DNA of 64,000 nucleotides from Camelus ferus (lineage: Eukaryota): contig NC_045696.1 in the NCBI RefSeq assembly GCF_009834535.1, positions 88,352,001-88,416,000 on the forward strand, written 5' to 3'. The stretch's first letter is position 1. The number at the start of each line of letters is the position of its first letter. A model generated the notes under the pieces. It did not search any database. It was given only the letters and a program-made list of their open reading frames with translations, and had not been told where the DNA came from. The position numbers and the translations under genes are program-made. Below are positions 1 through 12,760 of this stretch, piece by piece.

Positions 1-430
1 CAGAAAGAGAAAGAAAAATACCATATGATATCACTCACATGATACGTGGAATCTGAAAAAAAAAAGAGAGAGAGAGACACACACACAAATGAATATATTT
101 ACAAAACAGAAATTGATTCACAGACATAGAGAAAAATACATGGTTACCAGGGGATAAAAGGAGTGGGAAGAGATAAATTGGGAGTTGGAGATTTGTAGAT
201 ACTAACTACTATATACAAAATAGATAAACAACAAGCTTATACTATATAGCACTGGGAACCATATTCAATACCTTGTAGTAACCTATATTGAAAAAGAATA
301 TGAAAACAAATATATGTATGTTTATGTGTGACTGAAACATGCTGTTCACCAGAAATTGACACAATATTGTAAACTGACTATACTTCAATAAAAAAGAATG
401 CAAATTTAAAAAACAAAAACAAAACAAAGA
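1..430 (+). mobile_element. L1 3' end with A-rich tail
   Basis: Same 3'UTR as the L1 at 60514-61190 (cagatactaactactatata, aaactgactatacttcaat). Confidence 0.85.
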
Positions 431-452
431 CATCTTCTCCAGGCCTCACAGA

Positions 453-955
453 TGTTACTGGAGAGTAGGTTCTTGTTTCATCACAGAAAGAATTCAGAGA
501 GGAGACATGGAGGACAAAAAAGCAAAGCAAGGATTTAGTAAGCAACAGTACACTCTCAGAAGGAAGAGCAGGCAGGCTCAGGTGAGCAGATGCTCTGAGT
601 TCCTTTGGCAAGCTGGTTATATGGGGTGTGAAAATGACTGGGCAGAATATTCATTGGGGAGGGAGGGGTTTGGGTCATCTTTCCTGGTTTTCGTCCCAGT
701 CCGCCTTCCTGAGGGGTGGGGGAGTTTTTGTCCTTATTTGGTCTTGCCTGGAACTGTCATGGCATTGGTGCGTGATGGGTACTTCTCATTTGCAATGCTA
801 ATTTTATTATAATGAGGGCATAATGAGTAAAAAGGCTATATTTGGATGCTGGAGATTCCTACCTTTCTTTGTTTGCCTCTAGGATGCCTGTCACCACAAG
901 ATGTACCTGATGCCTCCCTTCTCTGCTCGTATCTAGCTAACTGTCTGCTCTGACA
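453..955 (-). mobile_element. Solo ERV LTR (~500 bp)
   Basis: TG...CA termini, flanks acaga/acagc (4 of 5 TSD match); orientation inferred. Confidence 0.65.
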
Positions 956-1727
956 ACAGCATATCTGCTCTTATTCCCATTTTACAGTTAAGAAAACTGA
1001 GGGTCAGAGAGGTTAAGGGGCCTGCCCACCAGACAGCTAAAAGGATAAAGAGAAAATTAAGCGATGATGACACAGCTTTGTTCCTCCATTTCTGTCCCAA
1101 TAAAATTATTTAAAATCACTTTTGTTTCAGTCCCTTGAAAATAAAGATAATTAATAACTCATGTTATTTCCTAGATTCCTCCTGACATGTTAGATGAGTA
1201 AAATTGACACAGATCCTAAATATTTTATTGTAATATAGAAATCAACATTTTGAGACCAATGTATGGCTACAACTCTTATGAAAATCATGTGAATTTCATA
1301 GGAAATAGTTTTGTCTATTTTCTTCTCAATTAAGAGGGAACAGTTTTGTATTTTTAACTGAGACAAATGAAAGGAATGTTTATAACAAATATGACCCAAT
1401 CTGAATGTCAGTAATAAATAAACAACTCATGTAATCCTGTGGGTTTAACACAAACAAATTGCCCAGACAATGCACAAAGGAAAAAATACAAATTTTTACC
1501 AAACATATGGAAGCTCATCAATAATAAAGCAAATTCAAAGTAAAACAATGATATCCCACATTTTACATATTGAATAAGTAGAAATTTTTAAATTTAAATA
1601 CTTGATGTTGGTTAAGTGTGACAATGAGCATTCTCATCCACTGCTGGTAGAACTGCATATCAGCATAACCTTTCTAGAAAGTGATTTGGTGAGGTGAATA
1701 AAGATCCTTCAACAATATGCTCTTTGA

Positions 1728-2170
1728 CTATGGCAGATTAAATATGTCACCGAATTCTCTGTCATTTTCCTGACAAAGAAATGTAGTCTATTTTACCACC
1801 CTCTGGAACGTGGCCTGTGACCAGTCTGACCAAGAGAGAGTGGCGGGAGAGACTCCGTGCCAGTTTCAGACCTGGCCTTTAAGAGGAATGCCAGTTTCCA
1901 CCTCCTCCCTCTTGGAACCCACTGGAAAAGCCCACGTTGGAGGAGAACTGAGGCTCCAGTCAACAGCCATCACCAAATTGTCAGTCATGTGAAAGTTACC
2001 TAGGAAATGGATCTCTAGCCCCCGTCAAGTCACCCCAGCCGGCTAACATCATGTGGAGCAGAGACAAATTGTCCCCAAATTGCAAAACTGTGAGCAAATG
2101 AATGATTGCTATTGTTTTAAGTGACTAGGTTGTAAGTTTGGAAGACATGCTACAAAGCAATAGATACTTG
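1728..2170 (+). mobile_element. MaLR (MLT1-like) LTR
   Basis: Typical MLT1 3' end (attgttttaag...agcaatagata). Confidence 0.6.
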
Positions 2171-4399
2171 ATATTAACCCCAAAATTTTACTTCTGGAAA
2201 TTTATCCTCCGGCACTAATCAGGAATGCAGACAAAGGCTTACATCCAAGACATTTTTTACAGAGAAGCTTCAGAAAACCTTGATGTCTAAATTAGGAAAA
2301 TGTTTATATGGGTTGTGGTATAACCATTATGAAAGTAATTTAAATGTTAGCAATACGGTAGAGTACTTATGGTAAACTTCTAGTTGGAAAAAGTCATATA
2401 AAACAGGAAAAAAATTAAAAGCTAATAGTGGTTATTTCTAGGCAATAGATTATGAGTGATTTTATTCTGACTTTCACATTTTTGTGATAATTGAATAAAA
2501 CAGGAAAAAATAAACCTTAAAAATGAAAAAAAAAAAACCCTACCAACTTATAAAATCTGTCCACAGATTTTTTTTTTAAAAAGCTTCATTTTAACTATAG
2601 TTTCAAACTTTTTCATATAACCATTTTACCAAGGCATTCAGCAATATTGATGTAGAAACATCTGTTATATCTCATAACTGACAGGCTGACAGGTAGTTAT
2701 ACTGCAATTTTAAAAATTAGCAAGAGACAGACTTATTAGCAACAGGCTTTGATAATCCATAAACTGGATGTAAAAATCTTGAATAATAAAGCAGTTCTAA
2801 TGATGTGGCAGAAAATAAAATAACTGAAGAAAAATCTCCAAGAAATCAGACTAACATTATTTTAAATATTTACCTTCTAGGAGCTTTCCTAGAGCCATGC
2901 CACAATCTTCACAATAGCCTTTGTGAGGTAGGTGTTACTCCCATTGTACAGGTGAAGAGCCTGTGGCCTTGACAGAACTTTCTACAGCCCTCACCTGCAG
3001 AGCTGGGAGTTGTGCTCAATGAACATGTTTTTTCCACAGTACCAGGCCACTCCTCTCCAAGGTCAGGGTTCAACATTCTTATGGGATGAAAAGAAAAAAA
3101 TTATTAGAACTGTAGGCTTTTTGAAAAAAATGTGTTATTCTAACACAATTCATTAAAATATATTTAATTGAACTTCTTAAGCTTCTTTTGTGGGATAATT
3201 TTCTTCTTGAACTTCAAACAATCCTAAAAAAGTCAATGCCAGTTTCATAAGAAGCCTAGAGTATTCTTGAGCAGTTGTAAACGGTTTGAGGGGAGGAGGA
3301 CCAGCTGACAAAGCACAGGTACCTAGGACACATCTCCCCACCTTGTCCTCTCACTCATGGCATCTCTGCAAAGCTCTATCTTTAGCATGACTGAAGCTTT
3401 TAGTCAGAAACTAGCTGTGCTCTTTTGCTTTATTCACTATTCGTATTTGTTTTATTTTGTTTCCAATAGGCTGTATCCATTTTAGGAGCCAAGATGTAAG
3501 GGATTGGTACCACAGAGAGGCACCACAGGGCATTTGATGGATAAGATGGAGAGCCAGATTTCAACCAAGTGCACTGGGTTTTTGTTTTTAAAGACAGTGG
3601 TTTGTTTTATTTGTTGTTAGTTAAAGAAGAGTAACTAGTAACAGCCAAGATTTCCATAGTGTTTATATGCATCAGCTCTGCGCTGTGCACTGTGTGTGAA
3701 CATCATCCTACTTAATCCTCAAGACTCTAGGAGGTAGGCACTATTTCTATCTTCATTTTATAGATGGAGATGTGAGGTCTGAGACTCCAGATAGATGGTG
3801 TCAGGGTATGAATTGTTTGATCTCAGGCCATGCTCCTTACTGGCACATGGACTGCAGGAGTCAGGGCTGGAATTTCAAAGAGAAGCCTGCTTCTTTCCCC
3901 TTCTGTCAGCTCCAGTGGGAACCCTGAGTATGAACAACAGGAGAAGGGCCACGGCTGTGGGAATGGAGAAGTGGGAATCCTAGCTGTGCAAGGCCGAGCT
4001 GGAGGGTCGCTCTTCCCAGAGCCAGGGCTGCTTGCTTCCTGGTTCCAAACTGCTAAGTATTCTGAGTCTTCTGTTAAAATGTATTTCTATTCATCCATTA
4101 TTCCCTGTTATCTAAAAGGATGTAAGATAGTTTATAATGATAGACAGAATATAACAACATGAAGTATGAAAGAAAAAGACATGAGTGGACCTTGAAATAT
4201 TCAATGGCCAATGTAAAATCACGATCAGCAGTCGTCACAGATCAGTGTCCATTAGATTGAAATAAACCAGTGGCTCAAGATAGGCACGACTAGTGTCAAT
4301 ATTAAGATTAGGAAAATATTTTCTCCTGAAAGCGAAGTGACACAGTGCAAAGTGGTAAGTAGTGCCTTCCGCGTCTCCAAAGGATTCAACACCAGGCAG

Positions 4400-4620
4400 C
4401 AGAGCAGAGTGGTTTGGCATACAGAGTCTGGAGCCAGACAGCCTGGGTTCTGTCACTTTCCAGGTGAGTAATCTTGGGCAAGTTATTTAAGCTGTCTGTA
4501 CCTTGGTTTCTTCATCTATAAGCAGGGTCTGGGGAAATACAGAGGACTAAATAAGATAAAGGCTGTAAAGCCTTTAGAACAGAGTCAGGCACGTGCCGTG
4601 TCTGTGTGCTAATGTTATCA
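4400..4620 (+). mobile_element. MIR SINE
   Basis: Core ttgggcaagttatttaa...tttcttcatctataa. Confidence 0.7.
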
Positions 4621-4629
4621 TCAGTCTGC

Positions 4630-5040
4630 TTTGGAACGTCACAGACATTTCCTACCTCAGGGCCCTTGCACTCACTGCTCCCCCTGCCTGACCCAGTTCT
4701 TCCCCCCATTGTACATGTGGCTCACTCCTTTCTCCCCTTGTTCTATTGTCACTTTCTCAGTGAGGCCTTTCCAGACAATATTTAAAACTGAAATGCTTTC
4801 CCTACTTGACTCCACCAAACCAGCAGCCTATATACTTCCTGCCCCAATGCAGGTTTCTCCTTCTCATGAGCACTTCTCATGCTCAAATAACCAATCACTT
4901 TATTTCCTTTGTTTTTCTGTCTTATCTTCCTCCACTAAATGAGGGCAAGTTTCTGTTTTATTCACTGCACTATTCCCAACTCCTACAACAGAACATGACA
5001 GAGAGCAGACACCCAACAAACATGTGTTGAATGAATTAAC
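4630..5040 (+). mobile_element. L2 3' fragment
   Basis: cctcagggcccttgcac...tgttgaatgaat terminus. Confidence 0.65.
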
Positions 5041-6776
5041 CAACATACTCATCACTGTACAACCAACAGCAGGGTCACTCTGAAACACCTGCAAGGGCAA
5101 GTCAGTCAGTCAAAAAAATGAACCTGCAAATTGTGGGAACTTTTCAATCTTCTGGTAATGATTTGAGAAAGACTTTGAAAATCTTATGTTACGTTATGGA
5201 GACAAAGGTAACTCCAGTGAGATTTGAGGTGACATGTACCGTTTTATACTCTTGGAGTGAGTTTAGAATTAGTGACTAAGAGTCACTTCCAGCTGGGGCA
5301 CAGCTAGATGGAACTGTCAAAATACAGAGTAAGAACAAAGCATTACTGGAATCAAATCATCACTCTGTCAGTTCTTAAAAGAGCCAGTCCAACAAATCAT
5401 AGGTTCTATTATCCAGTTCTCTCTTGACAGCAAAGCAAGGACAGGAAAGCCAGTTATTAATGAGAACATCTTATTTTAATGCCTCAGAGGAACTCAAAAC
5501 TCCATGCTTCCTAACACAAAGGCAAGTGTTAAGCGCGGAACTTGGTGAGAGACATCAGGACACATGGGGCTCCCACTTAGAACCAAGAGTTACGTGACTG
5601 CACAGGCCTAAGCGGTGAGTGGCTGTCTTTTCAGTCAGTGAAAGGCAATCTAGCAGAACAGAAAACATGCCACAGAAAGGGCAACAGAAGCCAACAAGGT
5701 GAGTCAAGCTCCAGGTGAATATGGGAAACTCTCCCAGTCCCAAAGACAGACTGACATGTGTCGTCCACATGTGGTAATATGCCAACCTCACAGTAGCAGC
5801 CATTTCTGTACACCACTCTTTGGCCAAACAGATGAGTTGGGGAGCTCTTAGCTTTCCCATGGCCGAAGTGTGAGAGCCAGGAATATTTCCAGGAGATATT
5901 CTTCATAAGGGATTCAGAAGAAAAAAGTTGACTTGGCTATGGTTGCATTCTGAGCATTCTGTTCATGTAAAATGTGGCCTGAGCATGGTTCCCAATTAAG
6001 AGAGAACTGTGTGGTGTAGATTGCTGCCTGGGAATGAGCCTGAGTGCTTCTTTGTCTCTCGGTACCATTTTTGGCTGAAAGTCAATTTTGTCTGATATGA
6101 GAATAATATACCCCTGCTCTCTTCTGTTTTCCACTTGCATGAAATATCTTTTTCCATCACTTCACTTTGAGCTTACACGTGTCCTTAAGGCTGAAATAAG
6201 CCTTCTTATAGACAGTATGTAGACGGGTCTTATTTGTTTATCCATCCAGCCACTCTGCGCCTTTTGATTGCTGAATTCAATCCATTTACTTTTGGAGTAA
6301 TTATTCACAGTTAAAGACATACTAATGCCATCTTATTAATTGCTTTCCGGCTGTTCTGTAGTGCCGGTTTCCTTTTTCCTCTCTTTCTGTCTACCTTTGT
6401 GAATTGGTGATTTTCCATAATGGTACACTCTGATTCTCCTCTCTTTATTTTCTGTGAATTTACTAAAGGTTTTTGCTTTTGTGGTTACCATGAGGCTTAC
6501 ACAAAACATCTTGTAACAGTCTATTTTAAGCTGATAGCATCTTAACTCCAATCACACACAAAATCTCTACCCTTTTACTCCTCCCTTTTTTTGTTTTTGA
6601 TGTCACAATTACCTCTTTTATATTGTGTTTTTGTTAACAAACTAGGGTAGCCATGGTTATTTTTAATATTCTTGTCCTTTAATCTTTACACTAGACTTAA
6701 GTGGTTAACACACCACTCTATTGCAGTATTCTGAATTCAATTATATGCTTATCTTTACCAATATGTTCTACACTTT

Positions 6777-8052
6777 CCTTTTTTTTTATTAAATTATAAT
6801 TGACATACAGTATTATGTTAGTTTCAGGTGTACAACATAGTGAGTTGATATTTAAATGATCACTATGATAAATCTGGTTACCAAGTGTTACCATAATTAC
6901 AGTATTATTGACTATATTCCCTATGTTGTACATTACATCCTCATGATTTATTTACTTTATAGGTGGAAGTTTGTACCTCTTAATCCCCTTCACCTTTTTC
7001 ACCCCTTTGCCCTCTCCTCTCCCTTCTGGCAAACACCAGTTTGTTCTCTGTATTTGAGTCTTTTCTGTTTTGTTTGTTTTGTTTTTTAGATTCTACATAT
7101 TAGTGAAATTATATGGTATTTGTCTTTCTTATTTTGTCGACTGACTTCACTTAGCATAATACCTGCTACGTCCAACTATGCTGTTACAAATGGCAAGATT
7201 TCATTCCTTTTTATGGCTGAATAATGTTCCATTGTGTGTGTGTAAATATATATAATACATCTTTATCCATTTGTCTATCAGTGAGCACTTAGGTTGCTTC
7301 CATGTCTAGGCTATTGTAAATAGTGCTGCAATGAACACAGAAGTGCATGTAACTTTTCAAATTAGTGTTTTCACTTTCTTCAGATAATATTCAGGAGTGG
7401 AATTGCTGGATCGTATGGTAGTTGTATTGTTAATTTTTTGAGGAACCTCCAAAGTTTCCCATAGTGGTTCCACCAATTTACATTAACACCTACATTACAT
7501 GAGGGTTCCCTTTTCTCCAGATCCTTGTCAAAACTTGTAATTTGCTGTCTTTTTGATAATAGCTATTTTGACAGGTGTGAGGTGATATCTCATTGTGGTT
7601 TTGATTTGCACTTCCCAGGTGATTAGTGATGCTGAGCATCTTTTCACATGTCTGATGGTCATCTGTATGTCTTCTTTGGAAAAATATTCAGATTCTCTAC
7701 CCATTTTTTAATGAGGTTTCTTTTTTTGATATTGAGTTGTATTGTTCTTTATATATTTTGGATATCAACCTCTTACCAGATATATCATTGAGAAGTATCT
7801 TCTCCCATTCAGTAGGTTGCCTTATCGTTTTGTTGATGGTTTCCTTCACTGTGCAAAAGTTTTTTTAGTTTGATGTAGTCCCATTTGTTTATTTTTGCTT
7901 TTGTTGCCCTTGGCTGAGGAGACAAATCCAAAAAAAAAAAAAAAAATCTTTAAAACTGATGTCAAAGAGCTTATTGTCTATGTTTCCTTCTAGGATTTTT
8001 ATGGTTTCAGGTCTTACATTTAATCCATTTTGAGTTTATCTTTCATATGGCT
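6777..8052 (-). mobile_element. Nested 5'-truncated L1 3' end
   Basis: Poly-T head, L1 3'UTR and ORF2 end; degenerate TSD 6756-6776 / 8053-8073. Confidence 0.8.
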
Positions 8053-9168
8053 TACAAGTGTGTTGTACATTTTTTATGTTACTAATTAGCATCCTTACAT
8101 TTCAACTGGAAAAACTCCTGCCAGTATTTCTTGTAAGGCATTGTTAGTGGTGTTGAACTCCCTCAGCTTTTGTTTTTCTGGGAAAGTCATATTTCTTCTT
8201 CATTTCTGAAGGATAACTTTGCCAGCTACAGTATTGTTGGTTGGCAGTGTTTTTTCTTTTGGCATGTTAAATATTATCATCCCACTCTCTCCTGATGTAA
8301 GCTTTATTCTGAGAAACTCACTGATAGCATTATGGGGGTTTCTTTGTAAGTTTCAAGCTTCTTTTCTCTTGCTGCTTTTAAGATTCTCCATTTGTCTTTA
8401 ATCATGTGTCTCGGAAGAATCTTTACAAGTTTGGTGACCTATGAGATTCATGAACTTGAATATCCAAATCTCTGTCCAGATTTGAGAAGTTCTCAGTCAT
8501 TATTTCTTTAAATAAGCTTTCTGCCCCTTTCTCTCCCTCTTCTTCTATTGGAACTCCAATAATTCACAAAGTACTTTTTTTTTCATGGTATCGTAAATCA
8601 CATGGGCTTCTGTCATTCTTTTTTCTTTATTTTTGACTGAATAATTTCAAAGTTCCTGTCTTCTAACTCAGATTTTTTTTTTTTCTTCAGCTTGATCCAT
8701 TCTGATGTTGATGCTTTCCACTGCATTTTTCATTTCACTCATTGTATTCCTCAGCTACAGAATTTTTGTTTGGTTCTCTCTCTTTTTTAAACTTTTCATT
8801 TTATTCACGTACTGTTTTCCTGATTTTGCTGAAATGTCTTGTGTATTTTCTTGTGACTCATTAAATTTCCTTAAAACAGATATTTTGAAATCTTTATCAT
8901 GTAAATTATAGATTTCACGTTTTTGAGATCAGTTACTGGAAGATAATTATAATCCTTTGGTGGAGTCATTTTTCTTTGATTTTTCATGTCCTTGAAGTTT
9001 TGTGTTGCTGTCTTCTCATTTGAAGTAGCAGTATCCTCCTCTAGTCTTTACTAACTTCCTTTGAGGAAGAAATACCTTTCATTAGCCCTGCTAGTGATTC
9101 TGAGGCTTTCTATGGGTACACCTGCTCCATTCTTCTTGCTCCCTCTTGCAGAAGAATTCTTAAGTTTA

Positions 9169-10000
9169 TTGGCATATCTTGAAGATATTATGGATTTGGT
9201 TCCAAACAACTGCAATAAAGTGAGTACTGCAATAAAGCAAGACATATGAATTTTTTGTTTTCCTGGTGCAAATAAAAGTCATGTTTACACTATACTGTAG
9301 TCAAGTAAGTGTCCAATAGCATTATGTCTAAAAAAATGTATATACTTTGATCTAAAAATAATTTATTGCTGAAAAATACTGTCATCTGAGCCTTCAGCAA
9401 GTTGTAATCTTTTTGCTGGTGGAGGGTCTTGCCTCAGTGTTGATGGCTGTTGAGTTATCAGGGTGGTGGTTACTGAAAGTAAGGGTGGCTGTGGCAATTT
9501 CTTAAAATTAGATAACAATAAATTTTGCCACATTGTTGACTTTTTTTCACAAATGATTCTCTGAAGCATGCAATGCTGTTTGACAGCATTTTACCCACAA
9601 ATAGAACTTGTTTCAAAATTAGAATCAATCCTCTCAAACCCTACTGTTGCTTTTTTAACTAAGTTTATATAATATATGTAATATTTAAATCCTTTGTTGT
9701 CATTTCAACATGTGATTAAGTTTGCCATCTTATATGGGCACAGTTTGTGGAGCCCCAAAACAATTACAAAGGTAACATCAAAGATGACTGATCACAGATC
9801 ACCCTAACAAATATAATAATGAAAAAGCTGAAATATTTTGTGAATTATCAAAATAAGCAGAGACACAAAGTGAGCAAATGTTGGAAAAATGGTGCCAACA
9901 GACTTGCTTGACACAGGGTTGCCACAAACCTTCAATTTGTAAAAAACACAATATCTGCAAAGTATAGTAAAGCAACACACAACAAAACAAAATATGCCTG
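9169..10000 (-). mobile_element. Internally deleted Tigger1 (TcMar) DNA transposon
   Basis: Termini ..ggcata / tatgcctg flanked by TA (9167-9168, 10001-10002); recognisable Tigger1 end sequences. Confidence 0.85.
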
Positions 10001-10308
10001 TATGCCTTCCCTTAATCCTGCAACAGGCCAGGCTGGGTGCCTACAGCCTCCCTTTGTTTTTACAAAGATGGCTAGCACGAAACCTCAAGTTTGTGGGATC
10101 TCCCTCAACCGCAGATTCAGGTTGGCTTTTCTCATGTGCTCACTAGCCATCTGCCAAAGCTCACTCTTGCTGCCACCGTGGGAGCATGCACAGGGAGCCA
10201 CCATGGTGTAAGAGAGGGGGACAAAGCACACAGAGCACTGGGGTGCCCATAGGTCATTTGGGGGATCTGCTGGCAAGGTGCCCCCAATGGTTCATAGGCA
10301 AGCTTCTT

Positions 10309-11660
10309 TTTTTTTAAATTGAAGTATAATTGATTTATAATGTTGTGTTAGTTTCTGGTGTACAGCATAGTGATTCAGTCATGTGTGTGTGTATACACAC
10401 ACACACACATACATATATACATATTCTATTTCATTATAGGTTAATACAAGATATTGAATATAGTTCCCTGTGCTATACTGTAGGACCTTGCTGTCTACCT
10501 GTTTTATATACAGTAGTGTATACCTGTTAATTTGAAACTACTAATTTATCCCTCCCCTCCCCTTTCCCCTTTAGTAACCATAAGTTTACTTTCTATGTCT
10601 GAGTCTGCTTCTGTCTTATAAATAAATTCATTGTCTCTTTTTTTTTTAGATTCCACATATGAGTGATATCATATGGTATTTTTCTCTTTCTGGCTTACTT
10701 CACTTAGAATGACAATCCCCAGGTCCCCAGTGCTGCAAATGGCATTGTTTTACTTTTTATGGCTTAGTAGTATTACACACACACACACACACACACCACA
10801 TCTTCTCTATTCAATCATCTGTTGATGGATATTTAGGTTGCTTCCATGTCTTGGCTGCTGTGAATAGTGCTGTTGTGAATACTGGGGTGCATGTATCTTT
10901 CTGAATTGGAATTTTCTCTGGATATATGCCCAGGAGTGGGATCACTGGATCACATGGTTAACACTATTTTCAGGTTTTTGAGGAATCTCCATACTGTTTT
11001 CCACAGTGGCTGCACCAAATTACATTCCCACCAACAGTGTAGGAGGGTTCCCTTTTCTCCACACCCTCTCCAGCATTTGTCACTTGTGGTCTTCTTAATG
11101 ATGGCCATTCTGACCAGTATGAAGTGATACCTCATTGTAGTTTTTATTTCCATTTCTCTGATAACTAGTGATATTGAGCATCTTTTCATGTGCCTATTGG
11201 CCATCTGTATGTTTTCGTTGGAGAAATGTCTGTTTAGATCTTCTGCACATCTTTTGATTGGGTTGTTCACTTTTCTCTTATTGAGTTGTATGAGCTGTTT
11301 GTATATTCTGAAAGTTAAGCCCTTGTTGGTCTCATTGTTTGCAAGTATTTTCTCCCATTCCATAGGTTATCTTTTCATTTTGTTTATGGTTTCCTTTGTT
11401 GTGCAAAACTTAAGTTTAACTAGGTCCCGCTTATTTTTGCTTTTATTTTTGTTGCCTTGGTAGACTGACCTAGGAAAACATTGCTATGATTTACATCAGA
11501 GAATGTTTTATCTATATTCTCTTCTAGGAGGTTTATGGTGTCCTGTCTTATGTTTAAGCCTTTAAGCCATTTTGAGTTTACTTCTGTGTATGGTGTGAGG
11601 GAGTGTTCTAACCTCATTGATTTACATGCAGCTGTCCAGCTTTCCCAACACCACTTGATG
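10309..11660 (-). mobile_element. Younger nested L1 3' end with ORF2 C-terminus
   Basis: Perfect 12-bp TSD ggcaagcttctt (10297-10308, 11661-11672); ORF 10950..11363 contains [18 protein letters not shown]. Confidence 0.93.
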
Positions 11661-12467
11661 GGCAAGCTTCTTGATGGAGTCTGAGACCCAGTTAGTGGGA
11701 TTCATGTCCCTTTGATGATCTCCAAGAGTCCAATCTGCTGCCCTCCCAGTCTTTCCCCTCACCTACCTAGTCAGGAAGCTCACAACTCAGTATTCCCGAT
11801 GGGGTGAGAGCAATGAGCCTGTTTGACAGTGTCTCACACAACTGGGGAAGCAAGATGCTCATTCACACACTCTTTTTTTCCCTTACAGAAGAAATCTGTG
11901 AAGATCTCTCTTGGCCCTAAGCAGTGCCATCTTGCGTATGTGGTGATGCAGGTAAAGACTTTTCTTCTTACCCACTCCAATGCATCCAAACTCATGTTTT
12001 TCTTACACTCGTGTGCTAGAACTTCTCCACTGGAAACTCTTGACTTCCACAAAGGCTCTCTTGCTCATGGGTCATTGTCTAAGACAGTGTTTTCCAGGGG
12101 CTCCTGGACTGCAGCCGAGAGGGGCAGGAGCCAGATTACAGACCACTGCAGGATCCACAGCCAGGACCAACGTCCATATTCCTATTACTTGATGCACAGG
12201 TGGGCAGACTCCTCCAGGATTCCTTGGCATATGGGACTGGATCCCACAGCTCCCACAAAGGCACTTTTGTCCCTGGATGGATGCCAGACTGTTGTTGCGG
12301 GAAGGACACAAACGAGGGACGTCTTAGTCAGCTACATGGCTGACATCACTCCCTAAACAACCTAGCCCTGTATCTTTCAGCAAGCTGAGCAATTCAAGAA
12401 TGGTAAAATCTAGACATTCCAGCATTCTGTACCACAAAATTCTTGGCTCCATCAACTACCTAAATCT

Positions 12468-12760
12468 TTTTTTATTCTTATTTTTTATTGAAGTGTAGTT
12501 GATTTACAATGTTAGTTTCAGGTGTTCAGCAAAGCAATTCAGTTATACACATACACACATACATTTATATTTTTCAGTTTCTTTTCCATTATGTGTTATT
12601 ACAAGAAGTTGAATACAGTTCCCTGTGCTATACAGTAGGTGCTTGTTGCTTATTTCCTTCACATATAGTAATGTGTATTCATCAATCCCAAACTCCCAAT
12701 CTGTCCCTCCTCAGTCCCGTACGCCCATCATGTTTCCCCAAGGTAACCACAATTTGTTTT
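12468..12760 (-). mobile_element. Short L1 3' end
   Basis: ttttattgaagtgtagttgatttacaatg, same family as 10309-11660. Confidence 0.8.

Larger units (their letters stand above)
6050..12350 (-). mobile_element. Old L1: 5'UTR, ORF1 and start of ORF2, carrying three nested insertions
   Basis: Endonuclease remnant IILISDKIDFQPKMVPRDKE (ORF 5937..6140); ORF1-like antisense sequence 8080-9160; 5'UTR-like GC-richer segments 10001-10296 and 11673-12350. Confidence 0.7.

Noticed and set aside
10950..11363. 137-aa ORF with a Cys/His motif
   Set aside because: C-terminus of L1 ORF2p in a 5'-truncated copy, not a host gene
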